From assembly GCA_012798265.1 (NCBI GenBank), contig JAAZNM010000002.1, forward strand, positions 6,890 through 70,889: a stretch of DNA of 64,000 nucleotides, in the 5' to 3' direction. Positions 17,819 through 27,276 of the stretch are shown piece after piece (within the stretch, counting starts at the first letter, position 1; every line of letters starts with the position of its first letter). Source of the DNA: Candidatus Roizmanbacteria bacterium. Lineage in GTDB: Bacteria; Patescibacteriota; Microgenomatia; UBA1406; GWC2-37-13. The translations under genes were made by a program, and so were the position numbers. The notes under the pieces are model-generated. The model made no database searches. It saw only the letters and a list, made by a program, of their open reading frames with translations, and was not told the origin of the DNA.

Positions 17819-18412
17819 ATGATTTCAACTTTTGACAAAATTCTCAAGATCCACAGACCCAGACCGCGGCATCCGGTTATCGACCAGATATCCAAACGTT
17901 GGAGCCCTCGACTTTATTCAGACAAAACAATACCCGGGAATGATATTGACACTATCTTCGAAGCGGCCCGCTGGACACCGTCAGGACATAATCGGCAACC
18001 GTGGTATTTTTATCTCGCTAAAAAAAATACTGGCGCTTACCAAAAACTTTTCTCCACCTTAGATCCGTACAACCAATCATGGTCGAAAACCGCCCCCGTC
18101 CTGATCCTCGCTTGTGCGATCATAAGCGACCAAGACGGAGACAATCCTTATGCTTTTTACGATCTTGGCGCCTCAGTTATCTCTCTTATCCTCCAAGCCC
18201 AGGAGTTGGGATACTTCTCAAGACAGATGGCTCTTTTTGACAAACAAAAAGTCAGAGCGCTTCTAAGATTAAGGGACGATATTGTTCCCTACATCATTGT
18301 TGCTATGGGAAAAATCGGCAACTACGACACTGCCCCAAAACAGATTATCGACTACGAACTTAATCCCCGGCCAAGAAAAACCGATCTTTTTAAAGAGATG
18401 AAAACACTTTAA
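17819..18412 (+). CDS. Nitroreductase family protein
   Basis: RWSPRLYSDKTIP...IFEAARWTPSGHNRQPWYFY. The start was set to ATG 17819. Confidence 0.82.
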   Translation: MISTFDKILKIHRPRPRHPVIDQISKRWSPRLYSDKTIPGNDIDTIFEAARWTPSGHNRQPWYFYLAKKNTGAYQKLFSTLDPYNQSWSKTAPVLILACAIISDQDGDNPYAFYDLGASVISLILQAQELGYFSRQMALFDKQKVRALLRLRDDIVPYIIVAMGKIGNYDTAPKQIIDYELNPRPRKTDLFKEMKTL

Positions 18413-18426
18413 TTTTTGTCCTATCT

Positions 18427-19323
18427 ATGGATAACACTACGACCCTAGCCCGAACCGTTACCAGAAAAAGCAGTTTTCAAACCTATCTGATTATAAATCT
18501 GTTGGTTGACCGATTCCTAAAAGACGACTGTTTTAAAGCCTATGCCTATTTTCGCTGGTTCGACGATAAGATAGACCTGCATTGTCTGACAAAAAAACAA
18601 CGCATAAATTTCATAAACAGGCAAAAACAACTGCGTCAAGGTTACGGCAACAAAAAACGTTCTTATCTCTGTCCGGAGGAAAAAATGATGATTGAGCTTA
18701 TGTCAAACGATAGACGCCGGCAAAAAAAGCTCATCTCTTTTATCAATAATTTTTTTAGGATTATCGAATTCGATGCTTACCGGAAAAACAAGTGCATCGA
18801 AAAGTCGGAGTTATCCTGGTATGCAAAAACTTTGAGTAAGGCGGTTACGGATGGGATTGAACACTTTATCAATCACGGTACCGAATCTCCTGATTCGGCC
18901 GAGCACTATCTGGCCGCAAACGCCGCCCACATAACCCATATGCTTCGCGATTTCAAGGAAGATCTTGAAATCGGGATGATCAATATCCCTAAAGAATATC
19001 TCGCCCGGTGGAACATTGAGACGACAGACTTTGACTCATCGGCTTTTCGAAGTTGGGTAAAACAAAGAACCGTTTTAGCCCGCGGATACTTTCGTCTGGG
19101 AAAACAATATATCTTTCGACTACCGGTCTTTAAAAGGAAATTGGCCGCTTGTTGGTACTGCAACCGTTTTGAGACCGTTTTGGACAAAATCGAAAAAGGC
19201 GGGTTTATGATAAACAGGGATTATTCGCGCGAATTAAAAATAATCAATTATTTCCGGATGGCTAAAATCGCCGTTTTGGTAACCGTCAAGCATATTCATT
19301 ATCTATTAACCAAAAAAGTATGA
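18427..19323 (+). CDS. Squalene/phytoene synthase family protein
   Basis: Asp-rich motifs YFRWFDDKID and MLRDFKEDLEIGMINIP. Confidence 0.78.
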   Translation: MDNTTTLARTVTRKSSFQTYLIINLLVDRFLKDDCFKAYAYFRWFDDKIDLHCLTKKQRINFINRQKQLRQGYGNKKRSYLCPEEKMMIELMSNDRRRQKKLISFINNFFRIIEFDAYRKNKCIEKSELSWYAKTLSKAVTDGIEHFINHGTESPDSAEHYLAANAAHITHMLRDFKEDLEIGMINIPKEYLARWNIETTDFDSSAFRSWVKQRTVLARGYFRLGKQYIFRLPVFKRKLAACWYCNRFETVLDKIEKGGFMINRDYSRELKIINYFRMAKIAVLVTVKHIHYLLTKKV

Positions 19324-20807
19324 GCAAACCAACCGCTTTGGTTATTGGAGCCGGAGTCGGCGGATTGGCCACAGCTATCCATCTTGCTCGCCGCAATTTT
19401 GACGTTATCGTACTGGAAAAAAACCAAAAACCAGGCGGCAGGTGTAACCAGATTACTAAAGACGGGCATTGTTTTGATACCGGGCCGACCTTCTATATTT
19501 TTCCGGAACTGTACGAGGCAATGTTTACTGCCTTAGGCGAAAACATTAACGACCATATCAAGCTCATTCGGATAGATCCCAGCCATCGGATTTTTTTCCA
19601 CGACAACTCCTCTATCCAACTGACTTCCGACCTTGCCCTGATGAGAAACCAGCTTGAGGATTTTGAGCCCGGAAGCTACTCCCGGTTTTTAAGTTATTTG
19701 AATAAAACCCAGCTGTACTACGAACCTGTCTTAAGACAGATCATCACCAAAGATTTTTCTCATCCCCAAGATTACTTCAACTTTGGTAATTTAAAATTGC
19801 TTTTGCAAGCTAAAGGATGGCAAAACCACTGTAGTTATTTAGGCAAGTTTTTTCACGATCAACGGCTAAAAGACGCTTTTGTCTTCCAGGACTCGTATAT
19901 CGGTCTTAATCCCCATCGGACTTCTTCACTGTTTTCGATTTTTTCCGTATCGGAACTGACAAAAGGAGTCTGGCTGCCCAAAGGCGGAATGTATCAAGTG
20001 GTAAAGGCTTTGCTAAAAATCGCTTCAAAATACGGAGTAAAGATTAGATGCGGTTTACCGGTTGAAAAAATTGTCACGGAAGGCAGCCGGGTTAAAAAAA
20101 TAATATGCGGAGACGGAAGAAGCTATACTGCCGATATCGTCGTTGCCAACACCGATCTGGCCTATACCTGCCGACAACTGCTTCCTTATGACGACTTTGG
20201 GAAACGGATAAATAAAAAACGCTTTTCCTGCTCGACAATCAGTTTTTTTTGGGGATTGAAGAAAATTTATCCCGCAATCAAAACGCATAATATTTTTTTG
20301 ACTAAGGATAGTTTTGACGGCTATGATCGGGTTATTAACAAACATTTGATTCCCGAAAAACCGCATTTCTATGTTCATGCGCCCGCCAGAACCGACCTTT
20401 CGCTTGCTCCATCAGGTCAGGATACGATAACCGCCATTATTCCCGTCGGTCATCTTACCAACGCTTCTCCAAAAAAATGGAGGGCGATCAAGCAAAAAAT
20501 AAGAAGATATATCTTTAAGCGCTTATACGATATCGGCATAACCGATTTCGAAAAACAGATTAAGTTTGAACTGTCTTTTTCGCCTGTTGATTGGCTTAAC
20601 GAATATAACCTTACCCATGGAGCCACTCTCGGAATCCATCATGACCTACTTCAGATGGGTTATCTACGACCGGGGCGACGACATCCTCGATATAAAAATC
20701 TGTATTTTACCGGTTCCAATACTCACCCGGGCAGCGGCGTACCGACAGTGCTCCTTTCCTCCCATTTCACCGCCAACGCAATACTTTCCGACTCCAACTA
20801 TCGATAA
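19320..20807 (+). CDS. Phytoene desaturase family (CrtI/CrtN-type) FAD oxidoreductase
   Basis: N-terminal dinucleotide fold VIGAGVGGLATAIHLA...VLEKNQKPGGRC and C-terminal LYFTGSNTHPGSGVP. The ATGA start overlaps the upstream gene. Confidence 0.85.
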   Translation: MSKPTALVIGAGVGGLATAIHLARRNFDVIVLEKNQKPGGRCNQITKDGHCFDTGPTFYIFPELYEAMFTALGENINDHIKLIRIDPSHRIFFHDNSSIQLTSDLALMRNQLEDFEPGSYSRFLSYLNKTQLYYEPVLRQIITKDFSHPQDYFNFGNLKLLLQAKGWQNHCSYLGKFFHDQRLKDAFVFQDSYIGLNPHRTSSLFSIFSVSELTKGVWLPKGGMYQVVKALLKIASKYGVKIRCGLPVEKIVTEGSRVKKIICGDGRSYTADIVVANTDLAYTCRQLLPYDDFGKRINKKRFSCSTISFFWGLKKIYPAIKTHNIFLTKDSFDGYDRVINKHLIPEKPHFYVHAPARTDLSLAPSGQDTITAIIPVGHLTNASPKKWRAIKQKIRRYIFKRLYDIGITDFEKQIKFELSFSPVDWLNEYNLTHGATLGIHHDLLQMGYLRPGRRHPRYKNLYFTGSNTHPGSGVPTVLLSSHFTANAILSDSNYR

Positions 20808-21640
20808 TCAAAGACCTTAAATCGTTCGCACTCTTTTATCTCCCTGACAATCAGTTCTATCATTTGATCGTATGAATATCGGGGAAGGCTGTATTTGTAA
20901 AGCCCGTCAAGTTTATCTTCGAAGAAGGTAAAAGTATTGCTTTCTTTGGTTGGCTCAACCTTTATGCCAAAAGGGGTCAATATGTCACGCGCCGTATCAA
21001 AACGAGTTTTCAACTCCGGTACCGCCACCGATATGGTATCGTTCCAAATATTATTTTTTATGCAATGGCAAATAACGTCGGAAATGTGTCTAATATAGGT
21101 CGGCTGGAAACGCCAAGAGGTATCATAAACCGCCGGCTTGCCCGCGTATAGGTTTTTGAGCAATCTGTTGAATGGTCTGTCATTAACCGTATTGGGACTG
21201 TAACCGAGGATGAGAGAAGGTCTGAGGATAAGATATCCGGAAACGGCCTGTCTGACGGTTTTTTCCGACTCAGCTTTGGTTTTTCCGTATAAATTTTTCG
21301 GGTTTATCGCCCCCATTGTTGAAATATATAATATTTTTATACCTGTTTGATTGGCCAAATCAACTATATGCCGAGTAGCCGTTTGATTAAGTTCAACGGC
21401 TTTATCGGGATTAACGGCACACCATTTTGAACTGGCATTATTGGCGACATGAAGAATAATATCGGGATTTTGTCTTCTAATTATCGCATCTAAAGAATCC
21501 TTGTTTGTGATATCTAACTGCAAAAAATCTTTTGATAATTTATGGGTTGCGTAGGTTCCGGTAACAGTATGCTTATCTTTTAATTCAAAATATATTCTTG
21601 CTCCGACATATGAACTTGCACCAAGAAGTAATATTTTCAT
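20798..21640 (-). CDS. NAD-dependent epimerase/reductase (RmlD-like SDR)
   Basis: MKILLLGASSYVGARIY Rossmann motif and YGKTK catalytic motif. Confidence 0.72.
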   Translation of the reverse strand: MKILLLGASSYVGARIYFELKDKHTVTGTYATHKLSKDFLQLDITNKDSLDAIIRRQNPDIILHVANNASSKWCAVNPDKAVELNQTATRHIVDLANQTGIKILYISTMGAINPKNLYGKTKAESEKTVRQAVSGYLILRPSLILGYSPNTVNDRPFNRLLKNLYAGKPAVYDTSWRFQPTYIRHISDVICHCIKNNIWNDTISVAVPELKTRFDTARDILTPFGIKVEPTKESNTFTFFEDKLDGLYKYSLPRYSYDQMIELIVREIKECERFKVFDYR

Positions 21641-22851
21641 AAAGTCTTATTTCTCCTTTTATTGGTTTTTGATAATTGTAACTTCAAAGATATGATTAGT
21701 AAAATATAAAGCAATACACTACCGTAAAGGACATGCGACAACAAAAACTTCGAAAAATAATTAGAGGCAATGACTGAGGGATCTTTGATATTCAAGGCTA
21801 TCAAAATATATGCCAGCAGCAGTAAAAAAGTCAAAAGACAAAATCTTTTTCCCCAGCTTTTAGTACTGGATATTAAAGCTGTGAAGGGAATGAGGGTAAT
21901 GACAAAATGATGCTGCCAAGCTAAGCCGGATCCTATCAAAACGGATAAAATAAATAAACCATACTCGCTTAACTCTGACTCCGGAGATTCTAGGGTTGTG
22001 TTTGTTTTGACAAAACTTATAAGCAATAAGCTGCCAAATACCAAGTAGTTGATTACTTTTGATATCGAGTCAGGGATTAAAGACCGAGCCAACCAACCGG
22101 TTAAAGCCTGATTATAGTAAGCGGCATTACCGATAGTGGGAATGTAAGGAAAGACGTTGTTCCAGTAATCTCCGGTTGCCGATGTCCCTAAAAATAACAT
22201 CCCGGACAGATTAAATGCGAAAGAAAACACCAGGCAACTAATGACAATCTTCCACTGTTTTTTTCTGATATAGAATAGCAATAACACTATGGGGGTTAGT
22301 TTGATAGCTAAGGCTATCGCTAAAAAAATCCCGGATAGATATGATCTTTTTCGTCTGAAAAAGTAAAAAGACAGACTTATCAAAAGCAGTATGAACATAT
22401 TTATTTGTCCCATGCCCAAGGTAAACTTGGCAGGAAAAGATAGCATGAAAAAACCAAATACCATCAAAAAAATAATCAGGGATTTTTTTTTATTGAGCGA
22501 TTTGAACAAAACGATGATAGCAATCATAACCGACACAAAAGAGATTAGGGTCCACACGTCTTCAGCCAATCGGTAAGGCAACCAACCGATCGGCGCCAAA
22601 AACACCAACGACGATGGCGGGTAGATATACTTTTCTGGTTGAGAATTCATGTAAGGATTTTGCCTACTAAGAAAATTTTGAACACCTTGGTAATAAACCG
22701 AGAAATCCTGGAGTTCGAACTGACAAATAATCCTTACAACCGTAAACACAGAAAAGATTATGGCTAAGGATAAAAACACCAAGAGAAAGTATTTTGAAAA
22801 TGACGTTAAAGCTTCATTCGAGATCGACTTCTTGTAGCTCATAGCTTTCAT
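21637..22851 (-). CDS. GT87/DUF2029-like membrane glycosyltransferase
   Basis: 404 aa and polytopic, with the YIYPPSSLVFLAPIGWLP motif. Its stop overlaps the start of the SDR gene. Confidence 0.65.
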   Translation of the reverse strand: MKAMSYKKSISNEALTSFSKYFLLVFLSLAIIFSVFTVVRIICQFELQDFSVYYQGVQNFLSRQNPYMNSQPEKYIYPPSSLVFLAPIGWLPYRLAEDVWTLISFVSVMIAIIVLFKSLNKKKSLIIFLMVFGFFMLSFPAKFTLGMGQINMFILLLISLSFYFFRRKRSYLSGIFLAIALAIKLTPIVLLLFYIRKKQWKIVISCLVFSFAFNLSGMLFLGTSATGDYWNNVFPYIPTIGNAAYYNQALTGWLARSLIPDSISKVINYLVFGSLLLISFVKTNTTLESPESELSEYGLFILSVLIGSGLAWQHHFVITLIPFTALISSTKSWGKRFCLLTFLLLLAYILIALNIKDPSVIASNYFSKFLLSHVLYGSVLLYILLIISLKLQLSKTNKRRNKTL

Positions 22852-22894
22852 CCTTGAAACTTTTGTGAGTCTAATTCATCACTTGTGGCTTTTA

Positions 22895-23491
22895 TTATTC
22901 TTTTTTGGCCAATACTATTTGATGTTTTTCTCCTCCACTATTGTCTATTTTATTTTGAATAATCTTAAACCCCGCCCGTTTAATTATTTTTTCGTTTTTT
23001 TCTGCATTATAATGACTCCACCACATTGTTGTCCCATGGAAGGCTTCACTGCCTTCCCACTCCGAAGAACCCATCGTTACTAATAAATATCCACCGTTTG
23101 GCAAAAAAGTGCTTATTTTCTTAAAAAGATCTAGATGTTTTTCTCTGGGAATATGGAAGATTGCGTAGAAAGATACTACAGCATCAACATGATATTCACC
23201 CTCACTCATGTCACTCATATCTTTTACTTGAAAGTTACACGTCGGCAGATTTTTCCTTGCCAGCTCAATTTGTTTTTCCGAGATATCAATCCCTGTTATT
23301 CCAAATCCTTTATCAAATAAGTATTTGTCTATCGGAATTCCAGCTCCGCAGCCGATATCAAGAATTGATGCGCCCGGCTTAAGCAAAACAATCAAGCGGT
23401 CAAGATATTTATTGTTTTTATACCGGTCCCTTTGCATGGAATATCTTTTTGCGATTTCGTTATAGCCTTTTTTGACCAAACCGGCACTCAT
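22895..23491 (-). CDS. Class I SAM-dependent methyltransferase
   Basis: Motif I ILDIGCGAGIP and GGYLLV. Confidence 0.85.
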   Translation of the reverse strand: MSAGLVKKGYNEIAKRYSMQRDRYKNNKYLDRLIVLLKPGASILDIGCGAGIPIDKYLFDKGFGITGIDISEKQIELARKNLPTCNFQVKDMSDMSEGEYHVDAVVSFYAIFHIPREKHLDLFKKISTFLPNGGYLLVTMGSSEWEGSEAFHGTTMWWSHYNAEKNEKIIKRAGFKIIQNKIDNSGGEKHQIVLAKKE

Positions 23492-23527
23492 AATATATTA
23501 ACCGAAGATTGGTAACCAATAATTATT

Positions 23528-24544
23528 TTACATTAGGCGATTAAAGATAAATCCCAAAATAAGGATTAAGGGAACACCTACAAAAAATAAGGCCATAGCC
23601 GCTCTTTTTCCAATATTGGTCCAGATCAGGCCTATCTCTGTAAAATCGGTAACTACACCTGCCTGCAAAAAAATAAAAGCGTTGCCGAAAGCCCCGGTTT
23701 TTCTGAAAAGCTCAAAAGCCAAAGGTGCCGATCCTTCTGAACAGATCTCAATCAGCGAAGCCAACGCCAAGGTTGCCACCAAACCTAACATATTCGCCCC
23801 AAAATAATTGTCCATGATGCTCTCCGGCAAATAAGAGCCTAACACCGACGCTAACAAAAACCCGAAAATGACCCACCAACCAACCGATTTTGCCAAACTC
23901 CAGGATTCGATGCTTACTTTTTTAAGCAAGATATTCCATCCCGGCCAGATCAACGAAGTTTTTTCCTGCTTAATATCTTTTTTAAAAGCTTTGCCCTGTT
24001 CTATCAAACCCCTTTTTTCCAAAAAATCAAAAATAAGACCCGAGATAATCGCAACCAGCAAAGCACCGCCGATTATCATCAAAGCTTTTAATCCAAACAG
24101 CGAAAAAAGTAATATCGTAATTGAAAAATTGGCCCAAGGGGCCGCCAGTAAAAACGCCAAAGTCGAAGCTGTTGAGGCACCCTTTTTATATAAAGATACT
24201 GTTATCGCCAAAATTCCGTGTGAACAGGCCGAAGCCAAAAAGCCCAAACCCACCGCCAAAAAAACGCTCTTTTTTCCGTTGGCCAGGAGTTTGACTATTA
24301 ATGATTCCGGTACCAAAACATCGATCACGCCACCGATAATCAATCCTAGAACAATCGCCCACCAAGTCTTGTCTAGATAATCGGTAAATTTCTGCACGAC
24401 CGGCTTAAGAAAATAGATACCGGACGAAGCCAGTATCGCATTGGCGATAAAGATAGCAAATAAAATAAACAGTATTATATAAAAAGGTTCTTTGAACCAT
24501 GGTTTTTTTTTATGAGCGCAACAGCTTGGAGTCTCCATTTTCAT
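23528..24544 (-). CDS. Permease (PF03773/UPF0718, ArsP-like), N-terminal SCCAHKKK
   Basis: 338 aa and polytopic. The family call is from overall look. It overlaps the upstream gene by 4 nt. Confidence 0.6.
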   Translation of the reverse strand: MKMETPSCCAHKKKPWFKEPFYIILFILFAIFIANAILASSGIYFLKPVVQKFTDYLDKTWWAIVLGLIIGGVIDVLVPESLIVKLLANGKKSVFLAVGLGFLASACSHGILAITVSLYKKGASTASTLAFLLAAPWANFSITILLFSLFGLKALMIIGGALLVAIISGLIFDFLEKRGLIEQGKAFKKDIKQEKTSLIWPGWNILLKKVSIESWSLAKSVGWWVIFGFLLASVLGSYLPESIMDNYFGANMLGLVATLALASLIEICSEGSAPLAFELFRKTGAFGNAFIFLQAGVVTDFTEIGLIWTNIGKRAAMALFFVGVPLILILGFIFNRLM

Positions 24545-25155
24545 ATTTTTACGGCTTTAAAATTTTTAAATATTCCCGCTCCCAAAATTTCTTCAGCTGA
24601 CGTTTTTTTTGAATATTTGACGTCAAAAACATTGGGTAGCCTGAATTTTACCTCGACAACTCCGCTGTTTTTTTTCAACTCCTCCACTATTAAAGGAGCA
24701 TGGCCAGAGCAAGGGATAGCCACCTTTAAGCTAAGTCTGGACAAATCCGATTGAGCAAAATAACTCGTATTTGTTTTGTTTTTTGAATTGAAATTTGTTA
24801 TTAACGGAAAAACCACCAAAAAGAAGGCTAAATTTATTCCGACAACAGAAAATACCAAGGTAAAAAGATATCTTTTATTGTCTTTGACCCCACTCCACGA
24901 AAGCGATTTTTTTTGACGCAAATACAACGCCATTGAGGCAAAGGCAAAAACGACTGAAACCGCCACCAATAAAGGGAAAAAATACGGAGTCAAAAGCCAG
25001 CGCCGAAAAAAAGAGGTAACCCCAACAACTCCTGACACGGAAAAAACGATAAATGCCATACAAAAACTGTGGGGTAACAATCCATAAAAAATACCTTTTT
25101 TAACACCGGAGTTTACTTTATGGGTCTGGCAACAAACCGAAACTTTATTTTTCAT
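24541..25155 (-). CDS. Membrane protein with N-terminal VCCQTHK and C-terminal HMA-like domain
   Basis: 204 aa with about 4 TM helices. The C-terminal domain LKVAIPCSGHAPLIVEELKKNSGVVEVKF resembles a heavy-metal-associated beta-alpha-beta-beta-alpha-beta domain with an altered metal motif. Confidence 0.55.
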   Translation of the reverse strand: MKNKVSVCCQTHKVNSGVKKGIFYGLLPHSFCMAFIVFSVSGVVGVTSFFRRWLLTPYFFPLLVAVSVVFAFASMALYLRQKKSLSWSGVKDNKRYLFTLVFSVVGINLAFFLVVFPLITNFNSKNKTNTSYFAQSDLSRLSLKVAIPCSGHAPLIVEELKKNSGVVEVKFRLPNVFDVKYSKKTSAEEILGAGIFKNFKAVKI

Positions 25156-25429
25156 TATCTTCCTCCTTGAATATCTGGACGATTTCCCTTAAGACTTTTT
25201 CTCTCGTTTTGGCGTTCTTGCCGCGAACGGCCGTGATAACGCAACTGTTCAAATGATCTTCCAATATAATTTCGTTGACTTTCTTTATGGCCGCAATCAC
25301 CGCCTGATTCTGTCTGATTATATCGATGCAATAGCGGTTTTCTTCTATCATCTTTGAATTTGCTTTCAGATGACCGACCAAATAATTCATTCTGTTTCCG
25401 ATTTCCTTTTTGTTTTTGGAGTCTCCCAT
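25145..25429 (-). CDS. csoR: CsoR/RcnR-family (DUF156) metal-sensing repressor, C-H-C type
   Basis: The 94-aa version starts at ATG 25429. RMNYLVGHLKANSKMIEENRYCIDIIRQNQAV...LEDHLNSCV carries Cys...His-x3-Cys. Confidence 0.82.
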   Translation of the reverse strand: MGDSKNKKEIGNRMNYLVGHLKANSKMIEENRYCIDIIRQNQAVIAAIKKVNEIILEDHLNSCVITAVRGKNAKTREKVLREIVQIFKEEDNEK

Positions 25430-25435
25430 GAGAAT

Positions 25436-25464
25436 ATGGTACCCCCCCATGGGGGGTTTGTCAA
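25436..25464 (-). promoter_or_regulatory. Sigma70-type promoter with CsoR-like operator in the spacer
   Basis: On the minus strand: TTGACA, then AACCCCCCATGGGGGGG (17 nt), then TACCAT, then 6 nt, then ATG. The spacer contains the inverted repeat A-C6...G6-T (25441-25457). Confidence 0.6.
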
Positions 25465-25483
25465 GGGGTCTTCTCATCTTGTA

Positions 25484-26803
25484 ATGGCCCCAAGTTTTGT
25501 TTACACTTTGACTGTGAATAAAAAAAAGATCCGGAACAATAAGAAAGATGTTTTGCTGCTTATATTCTTTGTCGGGGTATTTATAGCGCTTCGCTCCATA
25601 AACTTCATGCGTTATCTGACCTTTTTCGGTTGGGATCAGGCGGAACACGCCATCTTAGCTCTTAATCTTTTCAGGAGTAAGGACCTTGTGCTTATCGGCC
25701 CGCGGGTAAGTGCGGTACTGTACCAGGGCAGGCAAATATTTCTAGGACCGGCGATGACCTACCTGATGACCTTCCTGCTTGGGTTGAGCAACTGGGATCC
25801 CGCCGCCGCTAGCTATTTATTTATGATCCTAAGCGGCATCATGATCATTCCCCTTTACTACGGCATGAAGTGGCTAACCGGCCGACGGGCAGCCTGGATC
25901 ACGGTTGTTTTTTACACATTGCTTCCTTACTATCTTACCTATACCCGCTTTTTATGGAACCCTAACTTTCAATTCGCCCTCTTGCCGGTCTTTGTTTTTC
26001 TTGCGGGATATTATCAAAAAACGAAGAAAAACTGGGTATTTTTTATCTTGTCGTTGTGGCTTGGAGTGTTATTCCAACTGCACTATCAGTTTATTATATC
26101 CATAATTTTCATATTCATATATTATTTTCTTTACAGAAAAGAGGGCTTGAAAAAATTTATTATTTTCTGCGCCGGTTTTGTCGCCGGAGTATCTCCGCTC
26201 ATACTGTTTGAACTCCGTAACCAGTTTTATCTGACAAAAACACTCATGTTGTTTGTCAAACACATAAACGAACTCGAAATGCGCGGAAGCAGAAACCATT
26301 ATTACTTGAGTCAATCTTTTGTATTAATGATCGGATTACTAATCCTGACGAAAAAATACGTTGAAAAAATAAAGCCAAAGGTTTTTTTCGTTTTTATTTC
26401 ATTGCTCGCCGCAATATTGTTTTCGTTTTCGGCGAAAATCACTTTCATTCGTCCCGATACCGCATTCTGGTCTCCAACTCCCTACTGGGATTATTCGGTT
26501 GAGGTCAAAGCTTACGAAATCATAAAAAATGAACGCCTTAAAGACTTTAACGTGACAAACCAACTTTACGATTCTTTGGCGATGCTCCAAAAATATATGA
26601 TGATGCGGGACAATATCGTTATTAACTACGACGATTACAGGAAAAATAAGTATCTGTTCGTCATAGATAAAGCCGGAAAGGAAAATTATATGGACAATCC
26701 GGGTTACGAGGTCCTTTTTTTCAGGCCATATCGGTTGTTAAAGACATGGGCGCTTAACGATCGATATAGCATGCATCTTGTGGAAAGACTCAAACTTAAG
26801 TAA
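25484..26803 (+). CDS. GT-C fold membrane glycosyltransferase (ArnT/PMT-like), second paralogue
   Basis: Polytopic, with the first-loop motif FFGWDQAEHA. The start is uncertain: ATG 25484 or GTG 25514. The 25370 start would overlap csoR and its promoter. Confidence 0.62.
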   Translation: MAPSFVYTLTVNKKKIRNNKKDVLLLIFFVGVFIALRSINFMRYLTFFGWDQAEHAILALNLFRSKDLVLIGPRVSAVLYQGRQIFLGPAMTYLMTFLLGLSNWDPAAASYLFMILSGIMIIPLYYGMKWLTGRRAAWITVVFYTLLPYYLTYTRFLWNPNFQFALLPVFVFLAGYYQKTKKNWVFFILSLWLGVLFQLHYQFIISIIFIFIYYFLYRKEGLKKFIIFCAGFVAGVSPLILFELRNQFYLTKTLMLFVKHINELEMRGSRNHYYLSQSFVLMIGLLILTKKYVEKIKPKVFFVFISLLAAILFSFSAKITFIRPDTAFWSPTPYWDYSVEVKAYEIIKNERLKDFNVTNQLYDSLAMLQKYMMMRDNIVINYDDYRKNKYLFVIDKAGKENYMDNPGYEVLFFRPYRLLKTWALNDRYSMHLVERLKLK

Positions 26804-27276
26804 TGTTGTATAAATTAAATATGGGGATAAATTCCAAAATCGCCAGAATCCCATTCTCCATTCTTTATTTAATTCTTGCCGCCTTTACTTCGTTTAACTG
26901 GATCAGGGTAATTTTGTTTCAGACAAATTTTGAGGTTTTTTTGACCGAACAACCATGGGATTATTATCTGTCCGGTTTTTTTGTCAAAAATTTTGGCATT
27001 ACCCACCAACAATATTTTGTGTTTGCCTTCCCGGTAATACTTTTATTTCTTTATGCCGCCCCTAAAATTGTTGGAAAATTAATCAACCTCGATACTAAAA
27101 CCAATATCAAAGGCGACAATCACGCGGCGATACTTATGATCCTTTTGATTGCTCCGGTAACTTTGGGAGTCCATAAACTACTAGGATCAGGCTGGAGGAA
27201 CCATCTTATTCCGGGGATTGTCCTTGTCGTTTTATTTTCAGTCCTGTCTTGGATTGACGAAAAGAATATAAAATGA
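26803..27276 (+). CDS. Hypothetical membrane protein
   Basis: 157 aa with 4-5 hydrophobic helices. It overlaps the flanking genes (TAATG and ATGA). Confidence 0.55.
   Translation: MLYKLNMGINSKIARIPFSILYLILAAFTSFNWIRVILFQTNFEVFLTEQPWDYYLSGFFVKNFGITHQQYFVFAFPVILLFLYAAPKIVGKLINLDTKTNIKGDNHAAILMILLIAPVTLGVHKLLGSGWRNHLIPGIVLVVLFSVLSWIDEKNIK

Noticed and set aside
22895-23491. Methyltransferase next to an ArsP-like permease as an ArsM (arsenite methyltransferase)
   Set aside because: It is only 198 aa and lacks the conserved cysteine pairs of ArsM. It is a generic class I methyltransferase, separated from the permease by its own gap.
23868-24380. 170-aa plus-strand ORF
   Set aside because: It is antisense to the permease gene in the overlap-coupled csoR operon.
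25430-25648. N-terminal extension of the CsoR ORF to 167 aa
   Set aside because: The family is about 90-100 aa. The extension would run through the promoter/operator and into the divergent GT-C gene.
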